The notes under the pieces were generated by a model. That model saw only the letters and a program-made list of their open reading frames with translations. It searched no databases and was not told the DNA's origin. The translations under genes and the position numbers were made by a program. A stretch of 64,000 nt of DNA from a virus. How positions within the stretch are numbered: position 1 is the stretch's first letter; each line of letters starts with the position of its first letter. Of the stretch, positions 26,654 to 35,966 are shown in pieces. Location of the stretch: the IMG/VR virus record IMGVR_UViG_3300046171_000193, positions 1 through 64,000 of that record; one strand, written 5' to 3'.

Positions 26654-27339
26654 AGGCGTTCGTCATAAATCTTGACGGCAATACTGTATCAGAAGCAGGA
26701 GCTGCTGAATGCATACGGTCATCTCATGCTGTAGGAAATGATTTTGTTGTACAATCATTCAGAGCCATACGGCCAGAAAATGCCTGGGATAATTTAGCTA
26801 AAGAAGGATTAAAATGGACATATCCATGGAATACTCCAAAGCTAGACTTTGCAACCGGATTAGAATTATCACCATATCAAACGGCCGACAAGCGAAAGCG
26901 AGTCGGCTGTTTCATGAGCCACTATATGTTATGGAAAATTGCAACTAAAGAACCTATATTAGTTTTAGAGCATGACGCAGTCTTTACTCAAAAGCTTGAG
27001 TATGAGACAATGATAACATCTAATCATGGAATTATTGGAATAAACGATCCACGTGGAGCAACGCGTAAGTCTTCAGTTTATCATACAATGATCGGTGAGA
27101 GCCGTTGGCCTATTCAGCCAGTACCTCATATAGATGACATAAAGATTCCACAAGGACTAGCCGGAAACTCGGCATATATAATTAAACCATGGGCAGCCAA
27201 GAAGGTAATAGAAAAAGTAAAAGAAATCGGAGCGTGGCCAAATGATGCCTTGCTTTGTTATCAGCTTTTTAATTTTCTTGGAGTAACAAAGAAACATTAT
27301 ACAAGGGTGCAGGGTCTTCCCTCTACAACTACATTATGA
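26650..27339 (+). CDS. GT25-like glycosyltransferase
   Basis: VINL, GCFMSH, LEHDA, AYIIKP. Confidence 0.75.
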   Translation: MKAFVINLDGNTVSEAGAAECIRSSHAVGNDFVVQSFRAIRPENAWDNLAKEGLKWTYPWNTPKLDFATGLELSPYQTADKRKRVGCFMSHYMLWKIATKEPILVLEHDAVFTQKLEYETMITSNHGIIGINDPRGATRKSSVYHTMIGESRWPIQPVPHIDDIKIPQGLAGNSAYIIKPWAAKKVIEKVKEIGAWPNDALLCYQLFNFLGVTKKHYTRVQGLPSTTTL

Positions 27340-27989
27340 AAAATTATGTAATTACTATAATGGATAATGAGAAGTCCATCTTAGTTGCTAATAGATGTAT
27401 TAAGTCAGGACTATCTACTGGTGGTTTAGAAATAGAACATTGGAAAGCCACTACACCTGCAGATGATCTTGATGATTTTATTAAATCTGAAAAGATTAAT
27501 ATATCTGCGATGAACGAAGTTTATTCCCGAACATCAAATTGTGTAGCTGCATTCATATCTCACTATAAACTATGGAAGTTGTGTGCCGGAAGTAAAGTAG
27601 AATTTACAATCTTTGAACACGACGCAGTATGCGTAAATAATATTCCAACAAATATAAATTACAACGGAGCGATATCTCTCGGTAAACCATCCTATGGGAA
27701 GTATAACACCCCCTTGGGATTTGGAGTTAATAAGCTTACTTCAAAACGATATTTTCCTGGAGCTCATGCATATAGAATTAAACCAAATGCAGCAAAGATG
27801 TTAGTTCAGCAAGCCAGGTTTGAGGCAAAACCTACTGATGTATTTTTAAACCTAGAGAGTTTTGCGTTCTTACAAGAATTTTATCCTTGGCCTGTTGAAG
27901 CAAAAGATAGTTTTACTACCATTCAAAGTGAACGTGGTTGTTTAGCTAAACATAACTTTAACAATAATTATGAGATTATAAATGTCTAA
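27336..27989 (+). CDS. GT25-like glycosyltransferase
   Basis: AAFISHYKLW, FEHDA, HAYRIKP. Confidence 0.75.
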   Translation: MKNYVITIMDNEKSILVANRCIKSGLSTGGLEIEHWKATTPADDLDDFIKSEKINISAMNEVYSRTSNCVAAFISHYKLWKLCAGSKVEFTIFEHDAVCVNNIPTNINYNGAISLGKPSYGKYNTPLGFGVNKLTSKRYFPGAHAYRIKPNAAKMLVQQARFEAKPTDVFLNLESFAFLQEFYPWPVEAKDSFTTIQSERGCLAKHNFNNNYEIINV

Positions 27990-28632
27990 GCCCGATTTAA
28001 CTAAGGCCGTATTAACAGGCTCAGATGAAAATACAGAATGGATGTTACCTTGGTTTATAGAAAACTATAAGAAACATAATGATACACATCTTTCAGTTGT
28101 AGATTTTGGCATGACAGAAAAAATGCTAGAATGGCTAGAAAAGAATATTGATTCAATGGGTGACATGAGGGTTGAAACTCCGCATGCATGGTTCCTCAAA
28201 CCATTTGCTATGATGAATTCTCCATTTAAAAATACTATATGGTTAGATGCCGACTGTGAAGTATTAGGAGATGTCTCTCCAATATTCTCTATGACAGTGC
28301 CAAGCAAAATAAGCATGGTTGTAGATAGGCCGTGGTCAAAAAGATTTAATACTACTATGTACAACAGCGGAGTTGTAGCATTTCAAGGTCGACCAAAAAT
28401 TTTAGAGATGTGGTGCGACAGAATAAAACAAAAGCCATCTCGAGGAGATCAAGAAACATTGCACGAGATGATGGATCCTCTGCAACAAATGATGTATATT
28501 AATGAAATAGAAAACAAGTGGAACGTATTAAGATTACAGCATATTGAAGGACCAAAGGTTCCTGATTCTGTTATTAATCACTGGACTGGACAAAAAGGAA
28601 AAGACCATATTCGGAGTTTAATGAATGAGTAA
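27982..28632 (+). CDS. GT8-like glycosyltransferase
   Basis: WLDAD, YNSGV, GDQE, HWTG. Confidence 0.75.
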   Translation: MSKPDLTKAVLTGSDENTEWMLPWFIENYKKHNDTHLSVVDFGMTEKMLEWLEKNIDSMGDMRVETPHAWFLKPFAMMNSPFKNTIWLDADCEVLGDVSPIFSMTVPSKISMVVDRPWSKRFNTTMYNSGVVAFQGRPKILEMWCDRIKQKPSRGDQETLHEMMDPLQQMMYINEIENKWNVLRLQHIEGPKVPDSVINHWTGQKGKDHIRSLMNE

Positions 28633-29224
28633 AGTAGCACATTTAATTGGTAATGGCGATAGCCATCACTTGTATAGACCAGCAAAAGGTATTATTATGA
28701 CTTGTAATCTTCCTCCGATTACAGGTATTCAAAACGTTTATGCGACAGCTATTGTTGATTTTAAAATGTGTAAAGCTATGCATGAAGGTTCTGTTGATTT
28801 ACGTGCTTATGATTGGGTTATGGGAGCAAGACCCAAAAAATACACTGAAATGAAAACAGATTTCTATATGAAGTTTGCACCGCACATAAAAGAATTCTAC
28901 ACAGTGTTACCTAGATATGCACATAACTATACAGACTTTAATTGCGGACACATGGCCGCACACTATCTTGCTAACAGATTAAACTGTGATGAGATTCATA
29001 TGTATGGTTTTGACTCTATATTTGATTTTAATCTTGTCAGTACTACTGATCTTGTGCTGATGTCAAATAGAGATCATAGTAACACACATAGATTAGCTGA
29101 GAACTGGAGACCTATTACTGAAGGTATTTTTCATGAGTTTCCTAATATTCAGTTTGTAGTACATCATACACACGATAGAGCAAAAATAACTTTGCCAAAA
29201 AATGTTGAAGTTCGTATACATTAA
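28625..29224 (+). CDS. putative GT29/Maf-like sugar transferase
   Basis: LIGNG, CN, EIHMYGFD. Confidence 0.5.
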   Translation: MSKVAHLIGNGDSHHLYRPAKGIIMTCNLPPITGIQNVYATAIVDFKMCKAMHEGSVDLRAYDWVMGARPKKYTEMKTDFYMKFAPHIKEFYTVLPRYAHNYTDFNCGHMAAHYLANRLNCDEIHMYGFDSIFDFNLVSTTDLVLMSNRDHSNTHRLAENWRPITEGIFHEFPNIQFVVHHTHDRAKITLPKNVEVRIH

Positions 29225-29227
29225 CTG

Positions 29228-29256
29228 TGTACATTTGATATGTTTTGTGTTAGAAT
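29228..29256 (+). promoter_or_regulatory. early-type promoter TGTACA-N17-TAGAAT (leaderless)
   Basis: Motif; ATG 6 nt after the -10. Confidence 0.8.
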
Positions 29257-29262
29257 GTTTTC

Positions 29263-29679
29263 ATGATTATTGAATTTACTGGACATGTGAAAAAGTCAAT
29301 TCGCGAGGAATCCGAATTAGCTATATGGTTTGCTAAAGAGCAGCTTATGCCACGTTATCGAAAAATAGACATCAGCGTAAAATTCATCCGAAACCTAAGA
29401 GCCAAAGAAGGAATTCATGGCGACGTATTAGACGAGGATGACAGAGAATATACAATAAGAATAGACTCTAGCCAAGCCCGAAAAGAAATCATTGCTACTA
29501 TATTACATGAGATGGTTCATGTGTATCAGTATGCCACACGTAAGATGACACAACCGTCTGGCGACATAATAGTATATAACAAGACTGAATATCCATGGGA
29601 TATGGCATATGACCATAAACCTTGGGAAATAGAAGCTCACACTTTAGAACGCGATTTATATGCTAAGTTTTATAAATAA
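29263..29679 (+). CDS. zincin/SprT-like metallopeptidase
   Basis: HEMVH...PWEIEA. Confidence 0.8.
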   Translation: MIIEFTGHVKKSIREESELAIWFAKEQLMPRYRKIDISVKFIRNLRAKEGIHGDVLDEDDREYTIRIDSSQARKEIIATILHEMVHVYQYATRKMTQPSGDIIVYNKTEYPWDMAYDHKPWEIEAHTLERDLYAKFYK

Positions 29680-29708
29680 TACTGAGTTTAACAACAACAG
29701 GATTTTAT

Positions 29709-29894
29709 ATGGACGAAGAGGAGAGGCTAATGCCTGACGATCCTTGCGACCATATTACAGATATTACAGGATGGATAAACAGTGACAAAGAAAAACGATC
29801 CGGAACCGGAGAGATACTACGAGTGGATGCTATGGAAAATGCGCCAAGAAGATCTCAAAGAAAAAAATATGTCGGATTCGGATTAAGTGATTGA
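29709..29894 (+). CDS. small hypothetical protein
   Basis: After late promoter TATAAATA at 29671; AGGA RBS. Confidence 0.45.
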   Translation: MDEEERLMPDDPCDHITDITGWINSDKEKRSGTGEILRVDAMENAPRRSQRKKYVGFGLSD

Positions 29895-29935
29895 TCTGTA
29901 ATAAAACTTTTTTTACATAAAACCGCAATTAACTG

Positions 29936-29964
29936 TGTACAAACCCTTTTGAATGTGATATAAA
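29936..29964 (+). promoter_or_regulatory. early-type promoter TGTACA-N17-TATAAA
   Basis: Motif plus AAGGAG RBS. Confidence 0.8.
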
Positions 29965-29989
29965 GGTTATATCAAAAGGAGATTATGAC

Positions 29990-30286
29990 ATGACAAATAC
30001 AGCTAAAGCTTTCTGGAATAACCAACTAAACGAAGTAAAGACTCTTTGTGATCGTACATTCAGCTACTTTGTAGAAGCTGAAGAAGATATGAAAAATCTT
30101 TACCACGAAGATCTAGAAGGTTTTCAAAATGCAATCGAATTGTTCAAGCAATCAGATGCAGAAGCATTAGCTACTCTTGTGTCAGAAATGGACACTGAAC
30201 CACGTGAGCAAATAGTTGTTGCTTTCAATCAAGATTGTGGTTCAGTATTTGTAAAAGAAATTCTTGGCTATGAGGTGTATGCATAA
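29990..30286 (+). CDS. hypothetical early protein
   Basis: RBS and promoter. Confidence 0.75.
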   Translation: MTNTAKAFWNNQLNEVKTLCDRTFSYFVEAEEDMKNLYHEDLEGFQNAIELFKQSDAEALATLVSEMDTEPREQIVVAFNQDCGSVFVKEILGYEVYA

Positions 30287-30429
30287 TGTGGTTTGTTGAA
30301 GTAAGGTTCGATATGAAAGGCAGAGAACGTTGGGAGGGCTTGACCTATGATCAAGCTCACTCAGTTTATGGCAGATATTCAGGACGCAAAGCTGGTGCGT
30401 GGTATGTACGCATGGGTGAAATGTCATGA
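30286..30429 (+). CDS. small hypothetical protein (MWFVEVRFD...)
   Basis: GAGGTG RBS; coupled at both ends. Confidence 0.6.
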   Translation: MWFVEVRFDMKGRERWEGLTYDQAHSVYGRYSGRKAGAWYVRMGEMS

Positions 30430-30773
30430 GTATGCATATGATTAGAGGAGTTCAGGTTCATGGTGTAGGTAAGCGCCGTAAGGCGAAACGAAAATCACAT
30501 AAACTATTGAAGGCGGAAGCCGAACATAATAAGTTTCTAGAGAAGCTTGGTGTGGGTAAGTCAATATCGGATTATCGATATGACTTGCCCGACTTAGATT
30601 GTGGTCCTCGTGTTACATCAGATAAGATCTGTTCAAATGGCGCAAAGAAAGAAGCTGTCAAATATACAGGTAACGAAATTGCTGGCATAGTCGTTACTCA
30701 TAAATCAAACCTAATGCCAGTACGCAAAGATAATAAGCAAGCTGCAGTCGATGCTGCAAATATGAGGCGATAA
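30426..30773 (+). CDS. conserved basic hypothetical protein
   Basis: YTGNEIAGIVVTHKSNLMPV. Confidence 0.7.
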   Translation: MSMHMIRGVQVHGVGKRRKAKRKSHKLLKAEAEHNKFLEKLGVGKSISDYRYDLPDLDCGPRVTSDKICSNGAKKEAVKYTGNEIAGIVVTHKSNLMPVRKDNKQAAVDAANMRR

Positions 30774-30928
30774 TGGGTAAGCATTTAAAAACTAAAATAG
30801 ACTATGAGATGATCTATTCTCTTGCAAAGGAAGTAAAGAGACTTGAACCAGATAATTCTGTACTCGAAAAATATCTCTCTATGGATAACTTTGAAGGCGC
30901 TGAGCTTAGAAAACAGTTAAAAGAATGA
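30773..30928 (+). CDS. small hypothetical protein
   Basis: GAGG RBS; coupled at both ends. Confidence 0.6.
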   Translation: MGKHLKTKIDYEMIYSLAKEVKRLEPDNSVLEKYLSMDNFEGAELRKQLKE

Positions 30929-31170
30929 AATTTATGATAGTGGTCATAATGCAATTTCTTCCACAAGAAGATGCTACTGACTTTTATATATTTACGGAAC
31001 CTAACTTTGAAAGCTACACTGAGTGTACACTCTTTTTAAGAGAGCCAGAAAATGCACAGAAGATTGGAATTAAACTTATAGAAGAGTTTGGTTTTAGAAT
31101 GATTGACAATGTGTTTTGTGCACCGGAATCTAAAGTTAACAGATATATTCTAGAACAGGAAATGACGTAG
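30925..31170 (+). CDS. small two-Cys protein with a hydrophobic N-terminus
   Basis: FESYTEC...VFC. Confidence 0.6.
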   Translation: MKFMIVVIMQFLPQEDATDFYIFTEPNFESYTECTLFLREPENAQKIGIKLIEEFGFRMIDNVFCAPESKVNRYILEQEMT

Positions 31171-31370
31171 TGTGGGTTTTAGTCTATATCTTTATTAATG
31201 GTGGTGCAGTAGTATCTGCAATAAATGCATCTGGTAACGGGCATAAATATGATAATATGTATGAGTGTTTCGAAGCAAGAGAAGAACTAGGTAAAACCTT
31301 AAGCGGAAGAGCTGGTTATTTCGACGTAGGCACTCAAGCAATTTGTGTGCACGTAGGAGACTCAGCATGA
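31170..31370 (+). CDS. small two-Cys protein with a hydrophobic N-terminus
   Basis: YDNMYEC...AIC. Confidence 0.6.
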   Translation: MWVLVYIFINGGAVVSAINASGNGHKYDNMYECFEAREELGKTLSGRAGYFDVGTQAICVHVGDSA

Positions 31371-31558
31371 TATGGATATTAGTTTGGTTACAGATGATAG
31401 TAGGTGAAGATGTACCTAGTACTATGAGATACTATCATCTCGATACATTTACTACTAAAGAGGCATGTTTAAGAGAATTAAAAGAGGCGAGGATATTAGT
31501 TACTTCGCCAAGTGAAACTATGGATTGTATTATGATTGATCGAAGACAAGGAGGATAA
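31367..31558 (+). CDS. small two-Cys protein with a hydrophobic N-terminus
   Basis: FTTKEAC...MDC; AGGAG RBS. Confidence 0.6.
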   Translation: MIWILVWLQMIVGEDVPSTMRYYHLDTFTTKEACLRELKEARILVTSPSETMDCIMIDRRQGG

Positions 31559-31559
31559 T

Positions 31560-32336
31560 ATGATATTTGCAGGTGGTCAGATTGCTGTAACTAAAGATCG
31601 CAATCAAAATGTAAAAAACATTAAAGAATTAATTGATTATGCAGTTGAAATGAAAGCTGATTATTACGTAACTCCTGAATATTCTGTATCTGGTTGGACT
31701 GATGACGCTGATGTTTATAGTCCTCCAACCGAAGAAGTTGCAGAATTAGTAGACTACGCTGCTAGTAAAAATGTAGGATCTATGTTAGCAACTCTATGGA
31801 CAGATGAAGAAGATAAAGTTAGAAATCAAATTAGGGTTTATGATAGAGATGGTACCTTTCAAGATTCTGCAAATAAGTTAAGAACATGGGGTCCATTAGA
31901 AGTAGGTGATCATTCTACTGAAGCTATTGGCAATAACGTTATCGTAATGGGTAATGGCAACAAAATTGGATTAATGCTTTGTAATGATTTGTGGGGTGGC
32001 GGCCTAGAAGGTGGACCTTGCGTATGGAAAGAAATGTTACATCATTTTTCAGCACATTATTTTGTGCACGCTACAAACGCTCGTCGAGGGCATAATAGAT
32101 TTCAAGATGAAGTATTTTCAGAATATCATAACGCATGGATGAGGATGTTAGCTTTAGATTATGATTTGCTTACAGTTGATAACGCAATCAAAATGGAAGG
32201 TGATCCTTATTACGGAGAAACCGCTAGTCAATCTGGAATTTTAAGGGATGGATATTGGGTAGAAAAACCGCCGCGGAATGGAGTGGCGTATTTTGCTAAC
32301 ACTATGGGATCACCATATGAAAAGAAATCTAATTAG
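31560..32336 (+). CDS. carbon-nitrogen hydrolase (nitrilase superfamily)
   Basis: TPE, NK and LCND give the E-K-C triad; GGAGG RBS. Confidence 0.8.
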   Translation: MIFAGGQIAVTKDRNQNVKNIKELIDYAVEMKADYYVTPEYSVSGWTDDADVYSPPTEEVAELVDYAASKNVGSMLATLWTDEEDKVRNQIRVYDRDGTFQDSANKLRTWGPLEVGDHSTEAIGNNVIVMGNGNKIGLMLCNDLWGGGLEGGPCVWKEMLHHFSAHYFVHATNARRGHNRFQDEVFSEYHNAWMRMLALDYDLLTVDNAIKMEGDPYYGETASQSGILRDGYWVEKPPRNGVAYFANTMGSPYEKKSN

Positions 32337-32347
32337 AGGAGTATAAT

Positions 32348-32848
32348 ATGAAACTTTTATCAACAGTAGCGCTAGCTGCAATAATCGGATGTTCGCCAGC
32401 AATGGCGGAAACATTTAGGGCAACTATTACAAAGGTAGAACCAAACTGGGCATACAGAGATGTATCTGTTCCAACTACGCATTGTCAAAATATAGAAGTT
32501 CCTGTATACGGAAATGTACAAGGTGGTGCAACAGGCGGTGATGTGCTTGGTGGAATGATACTTGGCGCATTGCTAGGTAAAGGTATCACGAATAAAGATA
32601 ACGGAGCTGCAGCTGGTGCAGTTCTTGGCGGCGTAATCGCTGCGGATAAGAATAACTCAAGACAACGAATTGTTGGATATAAGACAGAAAGACAGTGTCA
32701 ACAAGTTGTGTCATATGAGACAGAACGTTATCTTAAGAATAATAAAATCTATTTTACATGGAATGGCATTAACGGTTCTGCATACACATATAACAATTAT
32801 AACGTAGGTACACAGATACCAATCACAATTAGTATACAGGCAAAGTAA
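32348..32848 (+). CDS. secreted glycine-zipper protein (YcfJ-like)
   Basis: Signal peptide; GGMILGALLG...AAAGAVLGG. Confidence 0.75.
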   Translation: MKLLSTVALAAIIGCSPAMAETFRATITKVEPNWAYRDVSVPTTHCQNIEVPVYGNVQGGATGGDVLGGMILGALLGKGITNKDNGAAAGAVLGGVIAADKNNSRQRIVGYKTERQCQQVVSYETERYLKNNKIYFTWNGINGSAYTYNNYNVGTQIPITISIQAK

Positions 32849-33087
32849 TGTCAGATATGTTTGATTTTGGCTTTACCGCCGTAAATGAAGAAGAGTTAGA
32901 AGCCGTACAGAAAGTATCTGTAGAGGCTTCTTCTACCGAGGAAAGGCTGCATAACTTATATAATGCAATTATACCTTTGCTTAATAATTTAAAACAAAAT
33001 CCTGAAAAGGATTATATCTTGTGGCCAAACCGATTAGAAAAAGTGGAACAGTTTGAAAGTCATTTGCAATCCATTTATAAAGGATAG
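32848..33087 (+). CDS. conserved hypothetical protein
   Basis: FDFGFTAV...NPEKDYILWPNR. Confidence 0.7.
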   Translation: MSDMFDFGFTAVNEEELEAVQKVSVEASSTEERLHNLYNAIIPLLNNLKQNPEKDYILWPNRLEKVEQFESHLQSIYKG

Positions 33088-33090
33088 AAT

Positions 33091-33312
33091 ATGAATACAT
33101 TATTTACTGCACTTTTACTCGTATGCGATCCAAGCTCTGCAGTACCAGACTGCAAAAGCATGGCAAATCCTGCACTTTATGATAATGTACAGATATGCCT
33201 ACAAAGCGTTGCTGAAGGAATACAGGCGTTTGAGGTAAATGGTTTTAAAGTTGTCCGCTATACATGTTATGAATGGACTACTGATCGAGATTTAAAATCT
33301 CTGGGTCTATAA
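33091..33312 (+). CDS. small Cys-containing protein with a hydrophobic N-terminus
   Basis: YDNVQIC...YTC. Confidence 0.6.
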   Translation: MNTLFTALLLVCDPSSAVPDCKSMANPALYDNVQICLQSVAEGIQAFEVNGFKVVRYTCYEWTTDRDLKSLGL

Positions 33313-33748
33313 CTTTAGCATCAATTAATCTTTGACGGTTCGCAAGGTGCGCTTCTTTGAGCTCCTCTTTTGATTGTCCGTGGTATGGTACTCCATAACC
33401 CTCTTCAATGAGAATCTGAGTACAGCCAACCTCCGCATCTTTAATATCATAGTATACGTGGAAGTCCCCAAGGATTCTTCCAAATTTGCCCTTCGCATCT
33501 TCTCCGCTTTTATCAATTTCTGTTTTAAGGCGCGCTGTCGATCCAATAGGCAAGAGATCTTTGAGTCGTTCTTTTGCTGCGAGTCCAAATGCTTTCTCCG
33601 TTAAATCACGAGTACGAGATTCTGGTGTGTCAATACCCATCATTCGTACACGTTCTCGGTTTAAGGAGATGCCAAATCCTAAATCTATATCCACGTCAAC
33701 AGTATCACCGTCAACGATTCTTAATATCTTTGCTTTATATTCATACAT
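33278..33748 (-). CDS. thermonuclease (SNase) family protein
   Basis: VDGDT, RMMGIDTPE, KFGRIL. Confidence 0.85.
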   Translation of the reverse strand: MYEYKAKILRIVDGDTVDVDIDLGFGISLNRERVRMMGIDTPESRTRDLTEKAFGLAAKERLKDLLPIGSTARLKTEIDKSGEDAKGKFGRILGDFHVYYDIKDAEVGCTQILIEEGYGVPYHGQSKEELKEAHLANRQRLIDAKVIDPEILNLDQ

Positions 33749-33944
33749 TGTTTCTACCCGTTACGTAACCTGCTACAATACCAACAACACCTACTAATGC
33801 GTTATTCAATAAAGCAAGTATGCCTTGATCAAATTCTCCGCCATGTTCTGATGCTATCATAAATTCATCTATTACAATAATTCCTAATAAAGTCATAAGT
33901 CCTACTGCTAATATTAACACGGTAATATCTTTAATATATTTCAT
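33741..33944 (-). CDS. small 2-TM membrane protein (holin candidate)
   Basis: Two hydrophobic helices. Confidence 0.55.
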   Translation of the reverse strand: MKYIKDITVLILAVGLMTLLGIIVIDEFMIASEHGGEFDQGILALLNNALVGVVGIVAGYVTGRNNV

Positions 33945-34300
33945 TAAAATTCCTCTACTACAAATTCACCCCACGCTTGGCCGAATATCCATATAAAAAT
34001 TAGTATGAGTGCAGTTGCAATTAATAATGATGGTATGACAATAACCTGCACCCAGCGTGGCTTGCCTTTTACCCAATGAATTATTTTCTTTACTTTTGTT
34101 TTTAGTCCATCTAATATGTATGTGCCCACTGTCCAGCGAATCATTCTCATTATTATTAAAATAGGTGAAGTGATTACATCAAAGAGTACTAGAAAAAGAT
34201 CTACACAAGCATCGACAATATTGTCAAGGCTAAATACTTTTTTTAGTTTTTCTTTATTAAACGCCAAAGCTCTCTCCGCATCCACAACTTGCTGTTGCAT
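33944..34300 (-). CDS. membrane protein
   Basis: Hydrophobic segments; in operon. Confidence 0.55.
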   Translation of the reverse strand: MQQQVVDAERALAFNKEKLKKVFSLDNIVDACVDLFLVLFDVITSPILIIMRMIRWTVGTYILDGLKTKVKKIIHWVKGKPRWVQVIVIPSLLIATALILIFIWIFGQAWGEFVVEEF

Positions 34301-34544
34301 TAGGATTAACCACTTTTAAGAATGATCCTCCCAATTCTTCAACATAATCAATTGTGCATCCGAAGATAAACATTTCAGCCATAGGATCTAACCATAGGTT
34401 TTCTATTGTGGGCTCAGCATCTGTTACGCCCCACTCATATTGAAAGCCTGCGCATCCCCCGCCTTTAACGGCAAGAGACACATTTGGTTTACCGACAGTT
34501 TTTAAATATTCTTTTGCGCTGTCAGTGACCTGAATATTCGTCAT
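34257..34544 (-). CDS. A-type Fe-S cluster carrier (IscA/SufA/ErpA, HesB family)
   Basis: GGGCAGFQY, IDY, NPNA-x2-CGCGESF. Confidence 0.9.
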   Translation of the reverse strand: MTNIQVTDSAKEYLKTVGKPNVSLAVKGGGCAGFQYEWGVTDAEPTIENLWLDPMAEMFIFGCTIDYVEELGGSFLKVVNPNATASCGCGESFGV

Positions 34545-34843
34545 TTTTTGTATACCGTTGCTTTTAAATATTCTAATTCAAGTCTTAACAGTTCTATTTC
34601 TGTCTTTAACTTTTGAACATCTTTTGTGGTTTGTTGAACACTTGGTGGCGGTGACCATTCATCAATCCATGTATCATTTTCTTCAATCTCTACTAACATC
34701 AGATCTTGAGTGTGCTCAATAAAGGTAAGCCGTTCTGTAATACCAAAATATCCCCAAACACCAATAGCAGTAAAAGCAATGAGTGCTATTAGGTTCTTTA
34801 GCGGTATTGTGAATTCGCTACCTTCGTTCAGTTTATTTGCCAT
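34541..34843 (-). CDS. TM plus coiled-coil protein
   Basis: LIALIAFTAIGVWGYF; heptad C-terminus. Confidence 0.6.
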   Translation of the reverse strand: MANKLNEGSEFTIPLKNLIALIAFTAIGVWGYFGITERLTFIEHTQDLMLVEIEENDTWIDEWSPPPSVQQTTKDVQKLKTEIELLRLELEYLKATVYKK

Positions 34844-35033
34844 TTCGACTCTCTAACACTTTCTTACATTGATCACTAGCATATGTAGTGAACCAACGAG
34901 GAGCAAAGGCATGGAGAAAGACAGCGTATGCTGCCTTCTCTAATTGCCATGAAACCCACATCGCATGTTTAAAATGCTGCCAACGGGTTTCGCCTACTTC
35001 CTCTAAATGTAATTTACATTTTTTACTAAACAT
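34833..35033 (-). CDS. small protein (DUF6356-like)
   Basis: HLEEVGETRWQH...HAFAP.WF..YAS. Confidence 0.6.
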   Translation of the reverse strand: MFSKKCKLHLEEVGETRWQHFKHAMWVSWQLEKAAYAVFLHAFAPRWFTTYASDQCKKVLESRNGK

Positions 35034-35431
35034 TATCTGTTATCTACCACTGTTTTCTTTTGTACTGCTGTTACACTGTTTTTCTTTTGTGCAGTAATAG
35101 CTTCCTTACCATAGAAGGCTGCGACTATCGCTGCGACTGACACAAAGTAAACCGCTGCCATATCACCAAGGATTTCACCAGCCTGTGTAAGTTTTAACCA
35201 TATTGCTAATACGACTGAGAAAGGATATAGCAGCATTCCGAATAATGCAAACCATGCCATGTTTCTCTGTGCGTCTTGCTTCTTGTCTTCATTTTCCATA
35301 TCACTTCGCATATCTGCGAGTTCAATCATTCTTTCTTCCATTGCAATCTCTTCATCAGTTATAATTCCATCACCGTCACGATCTAAATGAGCCCATTGAC
35401 TCTCTGGTTCTAATTTCTTGGCAGCTGCCAT
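35033..35431 (-). CDS. 2-TM membrane protein with an N-terminal EF-hand-like loop
   Basis: DRDGDGIITDEE; two TM helices. Confidence 0.65.
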   Translation of the reverse strand: MAAAKKLEPESQWAHLDRDGDGIITDEEIAMEERMIELADMRSDMENEDKKQDAQRNMAWFALFGMLLYPFSVVLAIWLKLTQAGEILGDMAAVYFVSVAAIVAAFYGKEAITAQKKNSVTAVQKKTVVDNR

Positions 35432-35441
35432 TTAACTCTCC

Positions 35442-35924
35442 TTACCACGCTCCGTTTGATTTGCCTAAAAGGTAAACTATGAATCCTATTACACCAGACA
35501 TTGCAAGTGCTAAAGCGATACCCACAAGCCATTCAATAATTAATTGTTTACGCTCTTCAGCTTTATATATCGCTTCTTTTCGTTCTTTTCTCATTTGCGC
35601 TTCTATGTGCACAATCTCTTTCCAAGCTGATGGTCCATAAAATAAACTGATATGAGATCGTAATTCTTCTCTCATCTCTTTTGCTTTTTGTTTATGTCCC
35701 CAAGTCTCTAAAGCCTTTTGTTCAACTTGACTTGCACCAAATAGTTTTTTAAACATAGGCGGGTTTTCAGCCTGCTTATGAGAAAAGTCTAAGTCTGACA
35801 TAGCACCTGCCCACTGATTTAGGGTAGATCCCATATCATGCAAGTCCTTGCCAACAGCAATAGCCTTTTTCAGACCTTTGTATGCAGCTGTAGCCCCAGC
35901 TATAGCCGTTACTGGATCGATCAT
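35442..35924 (-). CDS. conserved protein with a C-terminal TM helix
   Basis: MIDPVTAIAGATAA...; GAGG RBS. Confidence 0.65.
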   Translation of the reverse strand: MIDPVTAIAGATAAYKGLKKAIAVGKDLHDMGSTLNQWAGAMSDLDFSHKQAENPPMFKKLFGASQVEQKALETWGHKQKAKEMREELRSHISLFYGPSAWKEIVHIEAQMRKERKEAIYKAEERKQLIIEWLVGIALALAMSGVIGFIVYLLGKSNGAW

Positions 35925-35954
35925 CTCGAGCCCTCGTTACTTTGTTCCTGAAGG

Positions 35955-35966
35955 TATTTATAAATA
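35955..35966. promoter_or_regulatory. bidirectional late promoter TATTTATAAATA
   Basis: Perfect palindrome giving TATAAATA on both strands between divergent operons. Confidence 0.75.
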
